A stretch of 64,000 bases of DNA from a marine bacterium AO1-C (GTDB lineage: Bacteria > Bacteroidota > Bacteroidia > Cytophagales > Microscillaceae), in the NCBI GenBank assembly GCA_001890965.1, contig MLAY01000008.1:424341-488340 (forward strand). The letters run 5' to 3'. Positions 29,401 through 38,283 of this stretch are shown here, piece by piece. A program made the translations under genes and the position numbers. Position 1 is the first letter of the stretch, and every line of letters begins with the position of its first letter. The notes below the pieces were generated by a model. The model saw nothing but the letters and a program-made list of their open reading frames with translations, was not told where the DNA came from and did no database searches.

Positions 29401-29933
29401 AAAAGCCTTCTAACTGGAACACCGCCAATATGCATTATTGGAATGTAACTCCAGCTACTGTTCCTGGTACCAACTGGCCAGGGGTAAGCATGCAAAACGA
29501 TGGCAATGGCTGGTACAGTTATACTATTCCGCAGGCTTCTTGTGCCAATATTGTGTTTAACGACAATGGTGGTAATCAAACAGGAGATTTGTCGCGTTGC
29601 GGAGAAGGATGGTACGACAATGGCTGGTCTAGCACGGCTCGTCGTACAAAACAAGTATTGGCACCTACAAATACCACATTGCAAACCAGAATCAGTCCTA
29701 ACCCTTCCAGTGAATACGCAATGGTGAGTTTCACCCTCAAAGAAGGCCAAAATGTACGCCTCAAAGTGTATGATCAGTTAGGAAACGAGGTTTTGAGCAA
29801 TCATGTACAACAGCTTCATAAAGGAAACCATTCAGTAGTTATCAATACCAGTCAATTGGCTAATGGAGTATACATTATACAGCTCAATACTTCCAGTAAA
29901 ACGGTTCGCAAACGATTGGTAATTCAGAAGTAA
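26487..29933 (+). CDS. GH13 alpha-amylase with three starch-binding-like repeats, Ig/FN3-like domains and a C-terminal T9SS sorting domain
   Basis: GH13 conserved blocks (GFTAIWITP, VDAFRWDTMKH, FGE, WLDNHD); T9SS C-terminal domain ...GVYIIQL...VRKRLVIQK. Confidence 0.85.
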   Translation: MKRIIITLIFILGLLPIMPQTYAQVDFREETIYFLLTTRFFDGDPSNNVPNEWSSYNPDPNINPTITDPNDVTWRGDFKGLIQKLDYIKDLGFTAIWITPIVQNRSPLDYHGYHAYDFTKVDPRLESPGATFQDLINAVHARGMKIVLDIVTNHAGRFGIKNVAEIKYNTDPTKPWGQDKNGNPLQPNPNWTYDGITPNPDDGKIWSRANLPTMPPPYNQNLAAFQWPSKESYVDTSDPNWYHHSGNGFAQGFDDTENLHNRALAGDTPDLNTGSQAVRDYLIAAYTKFINMGVDAFRWDTMKHMSKEDVLYFKDAFHSVNPNLFIFGEVAQLRHELHNLEEINPHYYTWRGAVGQSANSDIAVLDFFAEATFHGVFEEGRNFSEVTAAARYDHLYSDPSTLLTWLDNHDFGPNNDWNRRYGGTEENLAACMNFMFTWRGIPVVYYGTEIQFMKGAYADIHNAAGIEQSIDLTGRAYYGDQFANAPNHIIYQHIKKLNAIRRAVPALQKGSYRWDGNGGGRAIGYVRKHGDSEVAVGLAKDGGASFTFSGLTNGIYRDAVTGAEISVTNGSLSFSVTSGSAGIYVLNGPGMIGGNGVGYFQPGNGSSAPIVSASPASGVYSSPIQVTLSASSSNNPVTIYYTTDGSNPTTNSAQYTGAINVASTSTIKALAVDNQGGQSQVLSQSYVIGDAGFSVYLKKDPSWNQARIHHWGAQPAGILSDSNWPGVIMTDVGNGWYRFDFNGVISSNLLFHDNAGNKTIDMSRNKDGWYQDGQWFDQDPRVSVNLPPSLTVTPGGGNFSVGQSIQVTLASSDDNDPSPVIYYTLDGSTPSTSSTSYSGSINLTQTTTLKAIAVDNQGLASSVATHTYTFTTAPSGLTVHFKPNGYNNPTIYYWAVTPSGQTTTWPGVSMTDEGDGWYGFTLAGANCANIIFSNNGGSQTPDLSRCSEGWYVDGVWYDQKPTPAAGLTIHFKKPSNWNTANMHYWNVTPATVPGTNWPGVSMQNDGNGWYSYTIPQASCANIVFNDNGGNQTGDLSRCGEGWYDNGWSSTARRTKQVLAPTNTTLQTRISPNPSSEYAMVSFTLKEGQNVRLKVYDQLGNEVLSNHVQQLHKGNHSVVINTSQLANGVYIIQLNTSSKTVRKRLVIQK

Positions 29934-29977
29934 ATAATCAATCTTTTAATTCAATAATTAAATCAAATCCAAACTAT

Positions 29978-30012
29978 AAAAGCTGCTTGAGTTTTCTTGG
30001 GCAGCTTTTTTT
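29978..30012 (+). terminator. Rho-independent terminator of the amylase gene
   Basis: aagctgc...gcagctt stem followed by T7. Confidence 0.65.
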
Positions 30013-30297
30013 AATTGAAAAACTACTGATAGATTGTCTAATATACCCCTGTTTAAATGGTATAATTAAATGAAGTGACTACACATTTTGGTGACAAATG
30101 GGAAACTTATAAATAACGGTAAACTTCCTGGCATAATTACTTGTTTCTTTACCACTTGGTACGTTGCTAAAAGTCAAGATAACTTCTTATATTTGCGGTT
30201 TGCTAATATCAAGTTGGCAAATTACTTATTTGAATATTTTTTGAACAAAAAGTCGTTAAAAAGTATTCATACAACACAGGTAAATACGACACACAAC

Positions 30298-33108
30298 ATG
30301 CAGGTAGATATAGATCAGTTAGACCCACGACATCACATCATTATTAAAGGCGCTCGGGTAAATAATTTGAAAGGACTGGATGTAGCCATTCCTCGCAATC
30401 AACTGGTAGTAATTACTGGTTTGTCTGGTTCGGGTAAGTCTTCTCTGGCCTTCGATACCCTTTTTGCCGAAGGGCAACGCATGTATGTAGAAAGCCTGAG
30501 TTCTTATGCCCGACAGTTTTTGGGGCGTATGGAAAAACCAGCCGTAGAATACATCAAAGGTGTATCGCCTGCCATTGCCGTAGAGCAAAAAAGTAACACT
30601 AAAAACCCACGAGCTACAGTAGGTACCTCCACTGAAATTTATGACTATTTAAAGCTATTATTTGCCCGCATTGGGGTTACTTATTCTCCCAAATCTGGCG
30701 AAATGGTGAAGAAAGATAGTGTAACTGATGTAGTCAACTTTATCCAATCACACGATGAAGGGCAAAAGCTCCTCATTATGGCTCCAGTGCAAATGAATGA
30801 TGATCGTACACTGGAAGAAGAATTGAAACTTATCTTTCAAAAAGGCTTTACTCGTTTGTTGGTAGATGAGGAAACACTCTTTATTGAAGAACTCCTTCCT
30901 GATGTAGCGGCTATTAAAGCCCTTGTGGGGCAGGAAATCTATATTTTGGTGGATCGAAATGTAGTAAAAAAAGACGATGAAGATAACCAGTTTCGTATTG
31001 CCGACTCAGTACAAACTGCTTTCTATGAAGGCCATGGTACTTGTGTAATCAATATTCTCAAAAAAGAAGTAAGACAGTTTTCAGATCGCTTTGAACTTGA
31101 TGGAATTCGCTTTGAAGAACCCAGCGTCCAGTTTTTTAGCTTCAACAACCCTTATGGCGCTTGTAAACGATGCGGTGGTTTTGGTACCGTATTAGACATA
31201 GACGAAGATTTAGTCATTCCCAATAAAAACCTTTCGGTGTATGACAACGCCATTGTGCCTTGGTCTACCGAAAAAATGCGTCAAGAGTGGTTTCAACCGT
31301 TGATTAACAGTAGTTATAAGTTTGACTTTCCGATTCATCGCCCTTACCGCGAATTGAGCGAAGAAGATAAACGCTTACTTTGGGAAGGTAATGATCACTT
31401 TTTAGGGCTTAATGCATTTTTTGAACACATTGCCAGCCAAAGTCATAAAATTCAATATCGGGTAATGTTGTCTCGTTATCGCGGGAAAGTTACCTGTCCT
31501 GATTGTAGAGGTACTCGTTTGCGCAAAGATGCAGGATATGTAAAAATTGCAGGGTATAACATTTCTGACTTAGTACTTCTATCTCTGGAAGATTTGCGAA
31601 ATCTTTTTCAAAACCTGGAGCTTACCCCCAATGAACAAACCATTGCCCGTAGGGTGTTGGTAGAGATCAATAACCGTATCAAATACCTGAATGAAGTAGG
31701 ACTTGGTTATCTTACCCTGAATCGTTTAACCTCTACCCTATCGGGTGGCGAATACCAGCGGATTAAGTTGGCTACGGCTTTAGGAAGTGCACTGGTAGGC
31801 TCTATGTATATTTTAGATGAACCTAGTATTGGGCTACATCCTCGCGATACTCACCGATTGATTGGGGTACTCAAAGATTTAAAGGCACTGGGCAACACCG
31901 TAATTGTGGTAGAGCATGAAGAAGATATCATGCGAGAAGCCGACCAAATCATTGATATTGGTCCTAATGCAGGTACTGGAGGAGGCGAATTGGTTTTTCA
32001 GGGCACATTGGAAGCACATATTAAAAATGGGCAAAGTTCACATACCTTAAATTACCTGAATGGTACCGATGTCATTGCTATTCCCAAAATACGCCGCCCA
32101 GCGAGTAGCTTCCTTACCTTGACGGGTGCCGAAGAACACAACCTGAAAAACATAGACGTTCGTTTTCCTTTGGGAGTAATGACGGTAGTAACTGGAGTAA
32201 GTGGCTCAGGTAAATCTACGCTGATCAAAGATATTTTGTATCCAGTACTGGCTAAAATCTATGGAGATTATAACAGTGCCAAAGGTAAATACCAAAGCCT
32301 GGAGGGCGATATCAATGCATTGGTAGGAGTAGAATTTATAGATCAAAACCCAATTGGTAAATCATCTCGTTCTAACCCAGTGACTTATACCAAATCGTAT
32401 GATGCCATCCGTAACTTATTTTCTAGCACACCTCTAGCTAAAAAACGAGGTTATAAGCCTGCTCACTTCTCGTTCAATGTGGACAAAGGTCGCTGTGAAG
32501 TATGCGAAGGAGAAGGAAAAGTAAAGATCGAAATGCAGTTTATGGCAGATGTATACCTTACCTGCGAAAGCTGTAATGGAAAGCGATTTAAGAAAGAAAT
32601 ACTGGAAGTAAAATACAATGATAAGGACATTGCTGAAGTACTGGATTTAACGATTGACGAAAGTCTTGAGTTTTTTAAAGAGCAACCTAAAATTATTCAG
32701 GCCTTGACTCCTCTGCAAGAAGTGGGTCTGGGATATGTAGGGTTAGGACAGTCGTCTAATACTTTGAGTGGTGGAGAAGCTCAACGGTTAAAACTGGCTT
32801 CCTTTCTTGATAAACGCAATTCTCGCAAAGGCAGTACTTTGTTTATTTTTGATGAGCCTACTACTGGGCTACACTTTCACGATATCAAAAAATTACTCAA
32901 AGCTTTGAATGCTTTGGTAGAGCAAGGTCATTCAGTAATAGTGATTGAGCATAACCTTGAGGTTGTCAAAAGTGCAGATTGGATCATTGACCTGGGGCCT
33001 GATGGTGGAGACAAAGGTGGGCAAATTTGTTTTGAAGGGATTCCAGAAGATTTGATTAAGCTGGAGGATAATCACACTGCGCGGTTTTTGAAGGAGAAGT
33101 TTAAGTAA
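30298..33108 (+). CDS. uvrA: Excinuclease ABC subunit A
   Basis: Two ABC ATPase modules with zinc fingers; 937 aa from MQVDIDQLDP. Confidence 0.9.
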   Translation: MQVDIDQLDPRHHIIIKGARVNNLKGLDVAIPRNQLVVITGLSGSGKSSLAFDTLFAEGQRMYVESLSSYARQFLGRMEKPAVEYIKGVSPAIAVEQKSNTKNPRATVGTSTEIYDYLKLLFARIGVTYSPKSGEMVKKDSVTDVVNFIQSHDEGQKLLIMAPVQMNDDRTLEEELKLIFQKGFTRLLVDEETLFIEELLPDVAAIKALVGQEIYILVDRNVVKKDDEDNQFRIADSVQTAFYEGHGTCVINILKKEVRQFSDRFELDGIRFEEPSVQFFSFNNPYGACKRCGGFGTVLDIDEDLVIPNKNLSVYDNAIVPWSTEKMRQEWFQPLINSSYKFDFPIHRPYRELSEEDKRLLWEGNDHFLGLNAFFEHIASQSHKIQYRVMLSRYRGKVTCPDCRGTRLRKDAGYVKIAGYNISDLVLLSLEDLRNLFQNLELTPNEQTIARRVLVEINNRIKYLNEVGLGYLTLNRLTSTLSGGEYQRIKLATALGSALVGSMYILDEPSIGLHPRDTHRLIGVLKDLKALGNTVIVVEHEEDIMREADQIIDIGPNAGTGGGELVFQGTLEAHIKNGQSSHTLNYLNGTDVIAIPKIRRPASSFLTLTGAEEHNLKNIDVRFPLGVMTVVTGVSGSGKSTLIKDILYPVLAKIYGDYNSAKGKYQSLEGDINALVGVEFIDQNPIGKSSRSNPVTYTKSYDAIRNLFSSTPLAKKRGYKPAHFSFNVDKGRCEVCEGEGKVKIEMQFMADVYLTCESCNGKRFKKEILEVKYNDKDIAEVLDLTIDESLEFFKEQPKIIQALTPLQEVGLGYVGLGQSSNTLSGGEAQRLKLASFLDKRNSRKGSTLFIFDEPTTGLHFHDIKKLLKALNALVEQGHSVIVIEHNLEVVKSADWIIDLGPDGGDKGGQICFEGIPEDLIKLEDNHTARFLKEKFK

Positions 33109-33167
33109 GTAAAAGGGTAGATAAAAAATGGTGTAAAACAAAGTCAACCTTAAGCGATAAACACCGA

Positions 33168-34227
33168 AAATAATTAACGCGAATTATTGCTTTTAATATT
33201 TTAAAAGTACAACATTTGCCTGGTCTAGGTCTTTCATATCAAAATCAGCAATCTTTGGGAGGTGATCCAAGAAGTTATAAGCAATGATTCCCGCCCAAAG
33301 ATTGACCATACAATTGATCGGAGAGCGATGTCTGGTATGCTCAATTTGACATTGGTTTACCATTTGTCCAAAGACCGTTTCAATTAATGTTCTTTTCTTT
33401 AAATAGTATCGTTCTTTCTGGGTCAAAACAGGCTTTTTCATGTTCTTACGAATTTTAGTAATCAGTTTACAACCTTGTTCTTGAAGCGCTTTTTTGAGTT
33501 TAGAAATGTAACCTTTATCTCCATAAACAGTGCCTTCAAAGCCTTTGAGCATACTTTTTAACAGTTCTGCATTATTATCAGCTACATTACCCGAAGTCAC
33601 TCGGATTTTCAATATTTCACCTTGTTGATTGCAAAGTAAGTGTAACTTTAGGCCGTAGAAAAATCCCTTGCTGGTTACACCTTTCTGGGCAATATGTAGA
33701 AAGACCTGATGGAGTTTCTCTCGTTTGATATGGCAAACTTCGAGCGGCTTACTATCAATGTAGTTCGCTTCAGTAGGCTTACCGATACAGAAGTGGTGAA
33801 GAAATGCATAGAGTTCTAATTGAATGTGTTTCATTTGGGCTACAAAGCGTTCATATGTATAAGTGTCTGGGAAGTAACTACTTAGATGTTCTTTTACAAT
33901 CTGTTTATAATACCACGAAAAGCAACGAATACCTGATAGATGAAAGAAAATAACGATGGTCATCATTTCTGATTTACTCATTTTCCCACGCCAAGCCTTG
34001 GTGCCAATTAACTTTTGCTCTAAGAAAGGGGTAAATTCTTTCATGAAATCATCGGTTAGTACGAAGATTTCGGCTAATTTTGATGTATTCAGGATAATCA
34101 TTGTCTAAGGTGTTTTATTAGAATTCTGCAAAATCAAATTAAAACACTTAAAGTAGATTATCCTGTTTTTTGTGATAAATAATTTATAATCAAGAAATTA
34201 ACCCGTTAACTCGCGTTAATTAAGCCG
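33168..34227 (-). mobile_element. IS982-family insertion sequence with imperfect terminal inverted repeats
   Basis: Inverted repeats TAATTAACGCGAATTA (33171-33187) and TAACTCGCGTTAATTA (34208-34224). Confidence 0.7.
33193..34101 (-). CDS. IS982-family DDE transposase
   Basis: 302 aa; YGDKGYIS motif. Confidence 0.8.
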   Translation of the reverse strand: MIILNTSKLAEIFVLTDDFMKEFTPFLEQKLIGTKAWRGKMSKSEMMTIVIFFHLSGIRCFSWYYKQIVKEHLSSYFPDTYTYERFVAQMKHIQLELYAFLHHFCIGKPTEANYIDSKPLEVCHIKREKLHQVFLHIAQKGVTSKGFFYGLKLHLLCNQQGEILKIRVTSGNVADNNAELLKSMLKGFEGTVYGDKGYISKLKKALQEQGCKLITKIRKNMKKPVLTQKERYYLKKRTLIETVFGQMVNQCQIEHTRHRSPINCMVNLWAGIIAYNFLDHLPKIADFDMKDLDQANVVLLKY

Positions 34228-34539
34228 TTACTTTTTACTCCAGGTTAAAAAGTAACCAAAAACCCCGCGGCTGTAGTCAGTGTAGCCTAAACTTGCCACA
34301 CTATGCCTCAACTGATTAAACTCGCCTCTGGCTCAAACAGTAATCAGTTGCCCAAGGTACGACTCCGTTTCTCAAGTTCTTAACGGCCACTGACTAAGGC
34401 CGAAAGAAAGTTCTGGTTATTAAAGATGGTTCAACTTTATTTTTTAAGAGGCTGTCTCATAATTCTTTTAAGCTAAATAAAACGATTTTTTCTTAAAGAA
34501 AATTTGGCGAGGTTTTACTTATGAGACAACCTCTTTTTA

Positions 34540-35211
34540 TCATAGTTTATCCGATTTTATAGCTGCCATGGCAATGCCTATAATCATCAATACCACAACA
34601 ATAAAAGCAATTCCAGTTTTGTAGTCCAGATCGTCGGGTTGTGACAAAACCACAAATAAACTGATAAAGGAAGCAATGAACCAACGTCCTTTAGTTTTGG
34701 GGATCAAACCCTGAAGATAATATAATAGATGCCATATGCTTGTACTTTCAGTTTCTACTACCTCTGTTTCCTCTCGATATGTTTTTGTTGTTGTTGCTTC
34801 GGCTTCAAGCCAAATAGGCCTGGGAGGAGGCATATCAAAATATTGTTGGTATACTTTGGTCAATTGGCTATATACGGCCGCTTCTTCTTCATAATTGCTT
34901 TCACTACCTGAAGTAAGACTATGGTGGATAGGTTTTCCAAAAATGCCTCGGCAAAACTCCCTCCAATATGAGTGTGTGTACATGAGGTGTAATTGCCATA
35001 CTTTTCTAATAGGCGCAGGAGCACAAAGGGGCACTCCAGCTACCGACCATAAAAACATAAATTTTTTATATTCTGTAATTGCTTTCAAGGTATATCCTTT
35101 ATCCCAGTTATTTTCTTGCATTAAACGGGCGTAAAAAGGAAACAGCGTATCTACAATATGAAGAGGGTATTGTTTCAATTTGCCCCAGAGTTGTTTTTCT
35201 TGTAGGTTCAT
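34540..35211 (-). CDS. GRDP-like (DUF1399-type) domain protein with a C-terminal TM segment, paralog 1
   Basis: WQLHLMYTHSYW motif; start at MNLQEKQLW. Confidence 0.5.
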   Translation of the reverse strand: MNLQEKQLWGKLKQYPLHIVDTLFPFYARLMQENNWDKGYTLKAITEYKKFMFLWSVAGVPLCAPAPIRKVWQLHLMYTHSYWREFCRGIFGKPIHHSLTSGSESNYEEEAAVYSQLTKVYQQYFDMPPPRPIWLEAEATTTKTYREETEVVETESTSIWHLLYYLQGLIPKTKGRWFIASFISLFVVLSQPDDLDYKTGIAFIVVVLMIIGIAMAAIKSDKL

Positions 35212-35236
35212 AATAGAAATTAGTTTGATCAAAAAT

Positions 35237-36046
35237 TTAGCTTAAGGCACGCGTGTTTACCCTCCACAGCCGCCGCATCCTCCACAACCCGAACAACTCG
35301 AGCAACCAGAGTCGCCACCAGCCCCCCCCTCCTGAACAGGAAATACAACTACCACAACCTGAAGAACCCCCTCCACTATTATTTCCATTGCTTCCTCCAT
35401 TGTTATTAGTCACTGCTGATATTGTCAAAAAAACGATCAAACCAACGAAGCACAACAAGAATACAAAGCCACCAAAACTCCCTTTACCAGCTGTATCATT
35501 AGACATAAACAGTATAGCCAACAAAGCCAGTAGAGGAGCCAAATGCCAGCGTTTACGTACAAATTTTGGTTTGGCTATCACCCAATTACGGTGCATGTTC
35601 ACTCGTTTGTAGTGGATTTCTTTAAACAAATCTTGAGTATTGACCCAAATGTGTGCAGGTTGGTCAACTCCAAAGTATTTCCGATAGCTTTCTGCAGTTT
35701 GGTCATACATTTTTACATGTTTCTGTCGCTCTGATCTCCCTCCTTTGGTAGGGTTGTGATGTACAGGAATACCCAAAATACCATAGCAGAATTCATCCCA
35801 GTAAGACTTGGTATAAATCAAATGCAAATGCCACACTTGGTCTACTGGATCGGAAGGAGAAATCGGGTGGCCAGCCACGGCTACCAAAAACATAAATTTC
35901 TTGTATTCTTCTATTACTTCCAGGGTATATTCTTTTGTCCAGCCATTTTCACGCATCAGACGAGCCGAGAAGGGAAAAGACGCATCTACTGTGTCGATAG
36001 AATAATGCTGAATTTTCTCCCAGAGTTGCTTTTCTTGTAGATTCAT
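35237..36046 (-). CDS. GRDP-like domain protein, paralog 2, with a Gly/Ser/Cys-rich tail after the TM segment
   Basis: Paralogous N-terminal domain; GGGSSGCGSCISCSGGGG tail. Confidence 0.5.
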   Translation of the reverse strand: MNLQEKQLWEKIQHYSIDTVDASFPFSARLMRENGWTKEYTLEVIEEYKKFMFLVAVAGHPISPSDPVDQVWHLHLIYTKSYWDEFCYGILGIPVHHNPTKGGRSERQKHVKMYDQTAESYRKYFGVDQPAHIWVNTQDLFKEIHYKRVNMHRNWVIAKPKFVRKRWHLAPLLALLAILFMSNDTAGKGSFGGFVFLLCFVGLIVFLTISAVTNNNGGSNGNNSGGGSSGCGSCISCSGGGGWWRLWLLELFGLWRMRRLWRVNTRALS

Positions 36047-36350
36047 AGATAGGAGTAGTTAGTTTGACCAATAATCTTATTTATACACCTTAAACAGGTA
36101 TTTATAGCTTAGGATGAGCTTTCGCAAAATATAATATTGTATTTAATGAAATATACGTACAATATATGGCTTAAGGTTGCGTTTCATAAAGCCTTGAAAG
36201 TAAAACTTCCGCTCTTCGTTTTATCTCTGTAAACCTTTAAAACTAAAGAAATACTGCTATTCCTGCGGATTATTATTGATATTTGTAGTCACATTCAAAC
36301 TTTTACCTCTATCAAAAGATTGTACTTGAGGAATAAACAGTCATTATATT

Positions 36351-36629
36351 ATGAGTAAACTCGGAAACTTCTTTAAAGTAGGGGATGTTTTTGGATATTT
36401 TTTCCGCAAACATGATCCCGACCGTCCCAATAATTTTAACCTACGTATGATGCACGGAATCAACCGTATTTCTATGTTGATGTTCTTGTTTTGTACGATG
36501 GTAATCTGTTACCGAATGATTCCTGGTTTCTTTAAGTGGGTGGTGATCTTTTTACTTTCTATGTTTTTTATGGTCATTTTCCGCACTTTTTTCCCAAGGA
36601 AACATAACAGACACCAACGGGAACAATAG
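36351..36629 (+). CDS. Small integral membrane protein
   Basis: Two hydrophobic segments. Confidence 0.4.
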   Translation: MSKLGNFFKVGDVFGYFFRKHDPDRPNNFNLRMMHGINRISMLMFLFCTMVICYRMIPGFFKWVVIFLLSMFFMVIFRTFFPRKHNRHQREQ

Positions 36630-36706
36630 TTTGTTTAACTATTTATCATATGCTCTCAACCACGAAGGCTATTGCACCATATCAGAAGATAATTTTTTAG
36701 ACACAA

Positions 36707-37615
36707 ATGAAATACACTAAGTTTCTATTCATTGCTTTTATTTGGGTGATTGGGTCGGCGCTTTCTATTCAGGCACAAGACAGTACTACCGCAAAATCTA
36801 TTTTTTGGGAAGTAACTGGACCTGGTGTGAAGAAAACGACTTATTTGTTTGGCACCCATCACCTATATGATTATGGTTTTATAAAAACCAACAAAATTAT
36901 TCTTAAAAAGCTGAAAAAAGCTGATATAGTAGTAGGTGAGATCGTTATAGAACCTTCGGCTATGATGAAGGTAGCCATGGCGAGCATTATGCCCAACAAA
37001 ACGCTCAAACAACTAATGAGTGAAAAAGATTATCAGGCCACTGATGCTTGCTTGAAAAAATATACTGGAATGGGCATATTCCTATACAACAAGTTTAAGC
37101 CCATAGCCATTTATCAAATGCTCATGCTACAGAAATATGCCAAGGTGTTGGGTATGGATCTGAAAAAAACTGGTAACAGTGCGATGGACGAATACTTCCA
37201 AAAGGCAGCACGTAACCTTGACAAAAAACTGGTGGCGCTGGAAACTGTAGATGATCAATTAAAGGTATTGTACGATGGCAAGCCGCTTGATAAGCAAGTA
37301 GATTTATTGCTGGAGATGGTATATGACAAAGACAGCTTAGCAACCAAAGAGATTGTAAAGCTGAACAAAATGTACCAGCAACAAGACTTGAATGGTTTGC
37401 ACCAATTGATGAAAAAAACCGCTAGTGAGCAAGAGTTAGAACTATTACTGGTAAACCGTAATAAAAAGTGGATTCCCAAAATAGAGGAGTTGCTAAAGTC
37501 GGGAAAGAGTTCTTTTATCGCGGTAGGTGCTGGTCATTTGCCAGGTGAGTTTGGCGTATTGCACTTACTCAAACAAAAAGGCTATAAGGTAAAGCCGTTA
37601 AAAATTCAGCTTTAG
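36707..37615 (+). CDS. TraB/GumN-family protein (secreted)
   Basis: FGTHHL and AVGAGHL motifs. Confidence 0.65.
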   Translation: MKYTKFLFIAFIWVIGSALSIQAQDSTTAKSIFWEVTGPGVKKTTYLFGTHHLYDYGFIKTNKIILKKLKKADIVVGEIVIEPSAMMKVAMASIMPNKTLKQLMSEKDYQATDACLKKYTGMGIFLYNKFKPIAIYQMLMLQKYAKVLGMDLKKTGNSAMDEYFQKAARNLDKKLVALETVDDQLKVLYDGKPLDKQVDLLLEMVYDKDSLATKEIVKLNKMYQQQDLNGLHQLMKKTASEQELELLLVNRNKKWIPKIEELLKSGKSSFIAVGAGHLPGEFGVLHLLKQKGYKVKPLKIQL

Positions 37616-37663
37616 TTGCCATTACTATTCTAATTTATCCATCAAAACAAATATCACACAACG

Positions 37664-38188
37664 TTGATCACTATTATCTCTTGCACCAATCGTACTCAGT
37701 CATTGTCACGAATTGTTGCCGAATATTATCAAAGCCTATTGGCGGCCCATAATACCAAAGCTCAAATTATAGATTTACAGGGTTTGCCTAAAGATTTTGT
37801 TTTTTCTGCCCTTTATGGCAATGCTGGTAAAAACGAAAGTTTCAATGTATACAGTGATCAGGTAGCTCAAGGAGAAAAGTTTGTTTTTGTAGTACCCGAA
37901 TACAATGGGTCATTTCCAGGGGTGCTCAAGGCTTTTATTGATGGCTTGGAATACCCAAGTAAACTCGCCGATAAAAAGGTAGCATTGGTAGGCCTCTCGT
38001 CGGGTATGCAAGGAAGTGCTCTAGCTTTGAGCCACTTGACCGATATCTTGAGTTATTTGGGAGCCAATTTGTTAGGAATGCGGGTAAAGTTACCCAAGGT
38101 TGAAGAAAACCTTAAGAATGGAAAAGTTACCAATGAGCTGTACAATCAATTGCTTCAGGAGCAAATACAAAAATTGATTACGTTTTAG
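37664..38188 (+). CDS. NAD(P)H-dependent FMN reductase family
   Basis: ISCTNR...VVPEYNGSFPGVLK. Confidence 0.7.
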   Translation: MITIISCTNRTQSLSRIVAEYYQSLLAAHNTKAQIIDLQGLPKDFVFSALYGNAGKNESFNVYSDQVAQGEKFVFVVPEYNGSFPGVLKAFIDGLEYPSKLADKKVALVGLSSGMQGSALALSHLTDILSYLGANLLGMRVKLPKVEENLKNGKVTNELYNQLLQEQIQKLITF

Positions 38189-38283
38189 CAACTCATTGCC
38201 TCAATTATAGAATGGCTAAATTGTTCAATGGTTATGCAATATATCAACTAACCATATAGCAATTTAGCCATAAATATCCCTCC

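Noticed and set aside
30088-30297. N-terminal 70-aa extension of the uvrA ORF
   Set aside because: The extension is low-complexity and not UvrA-like. Conserved UvrA begins at MQVDIDQLDP (30298), which gives the canonical length of about 940 aa.
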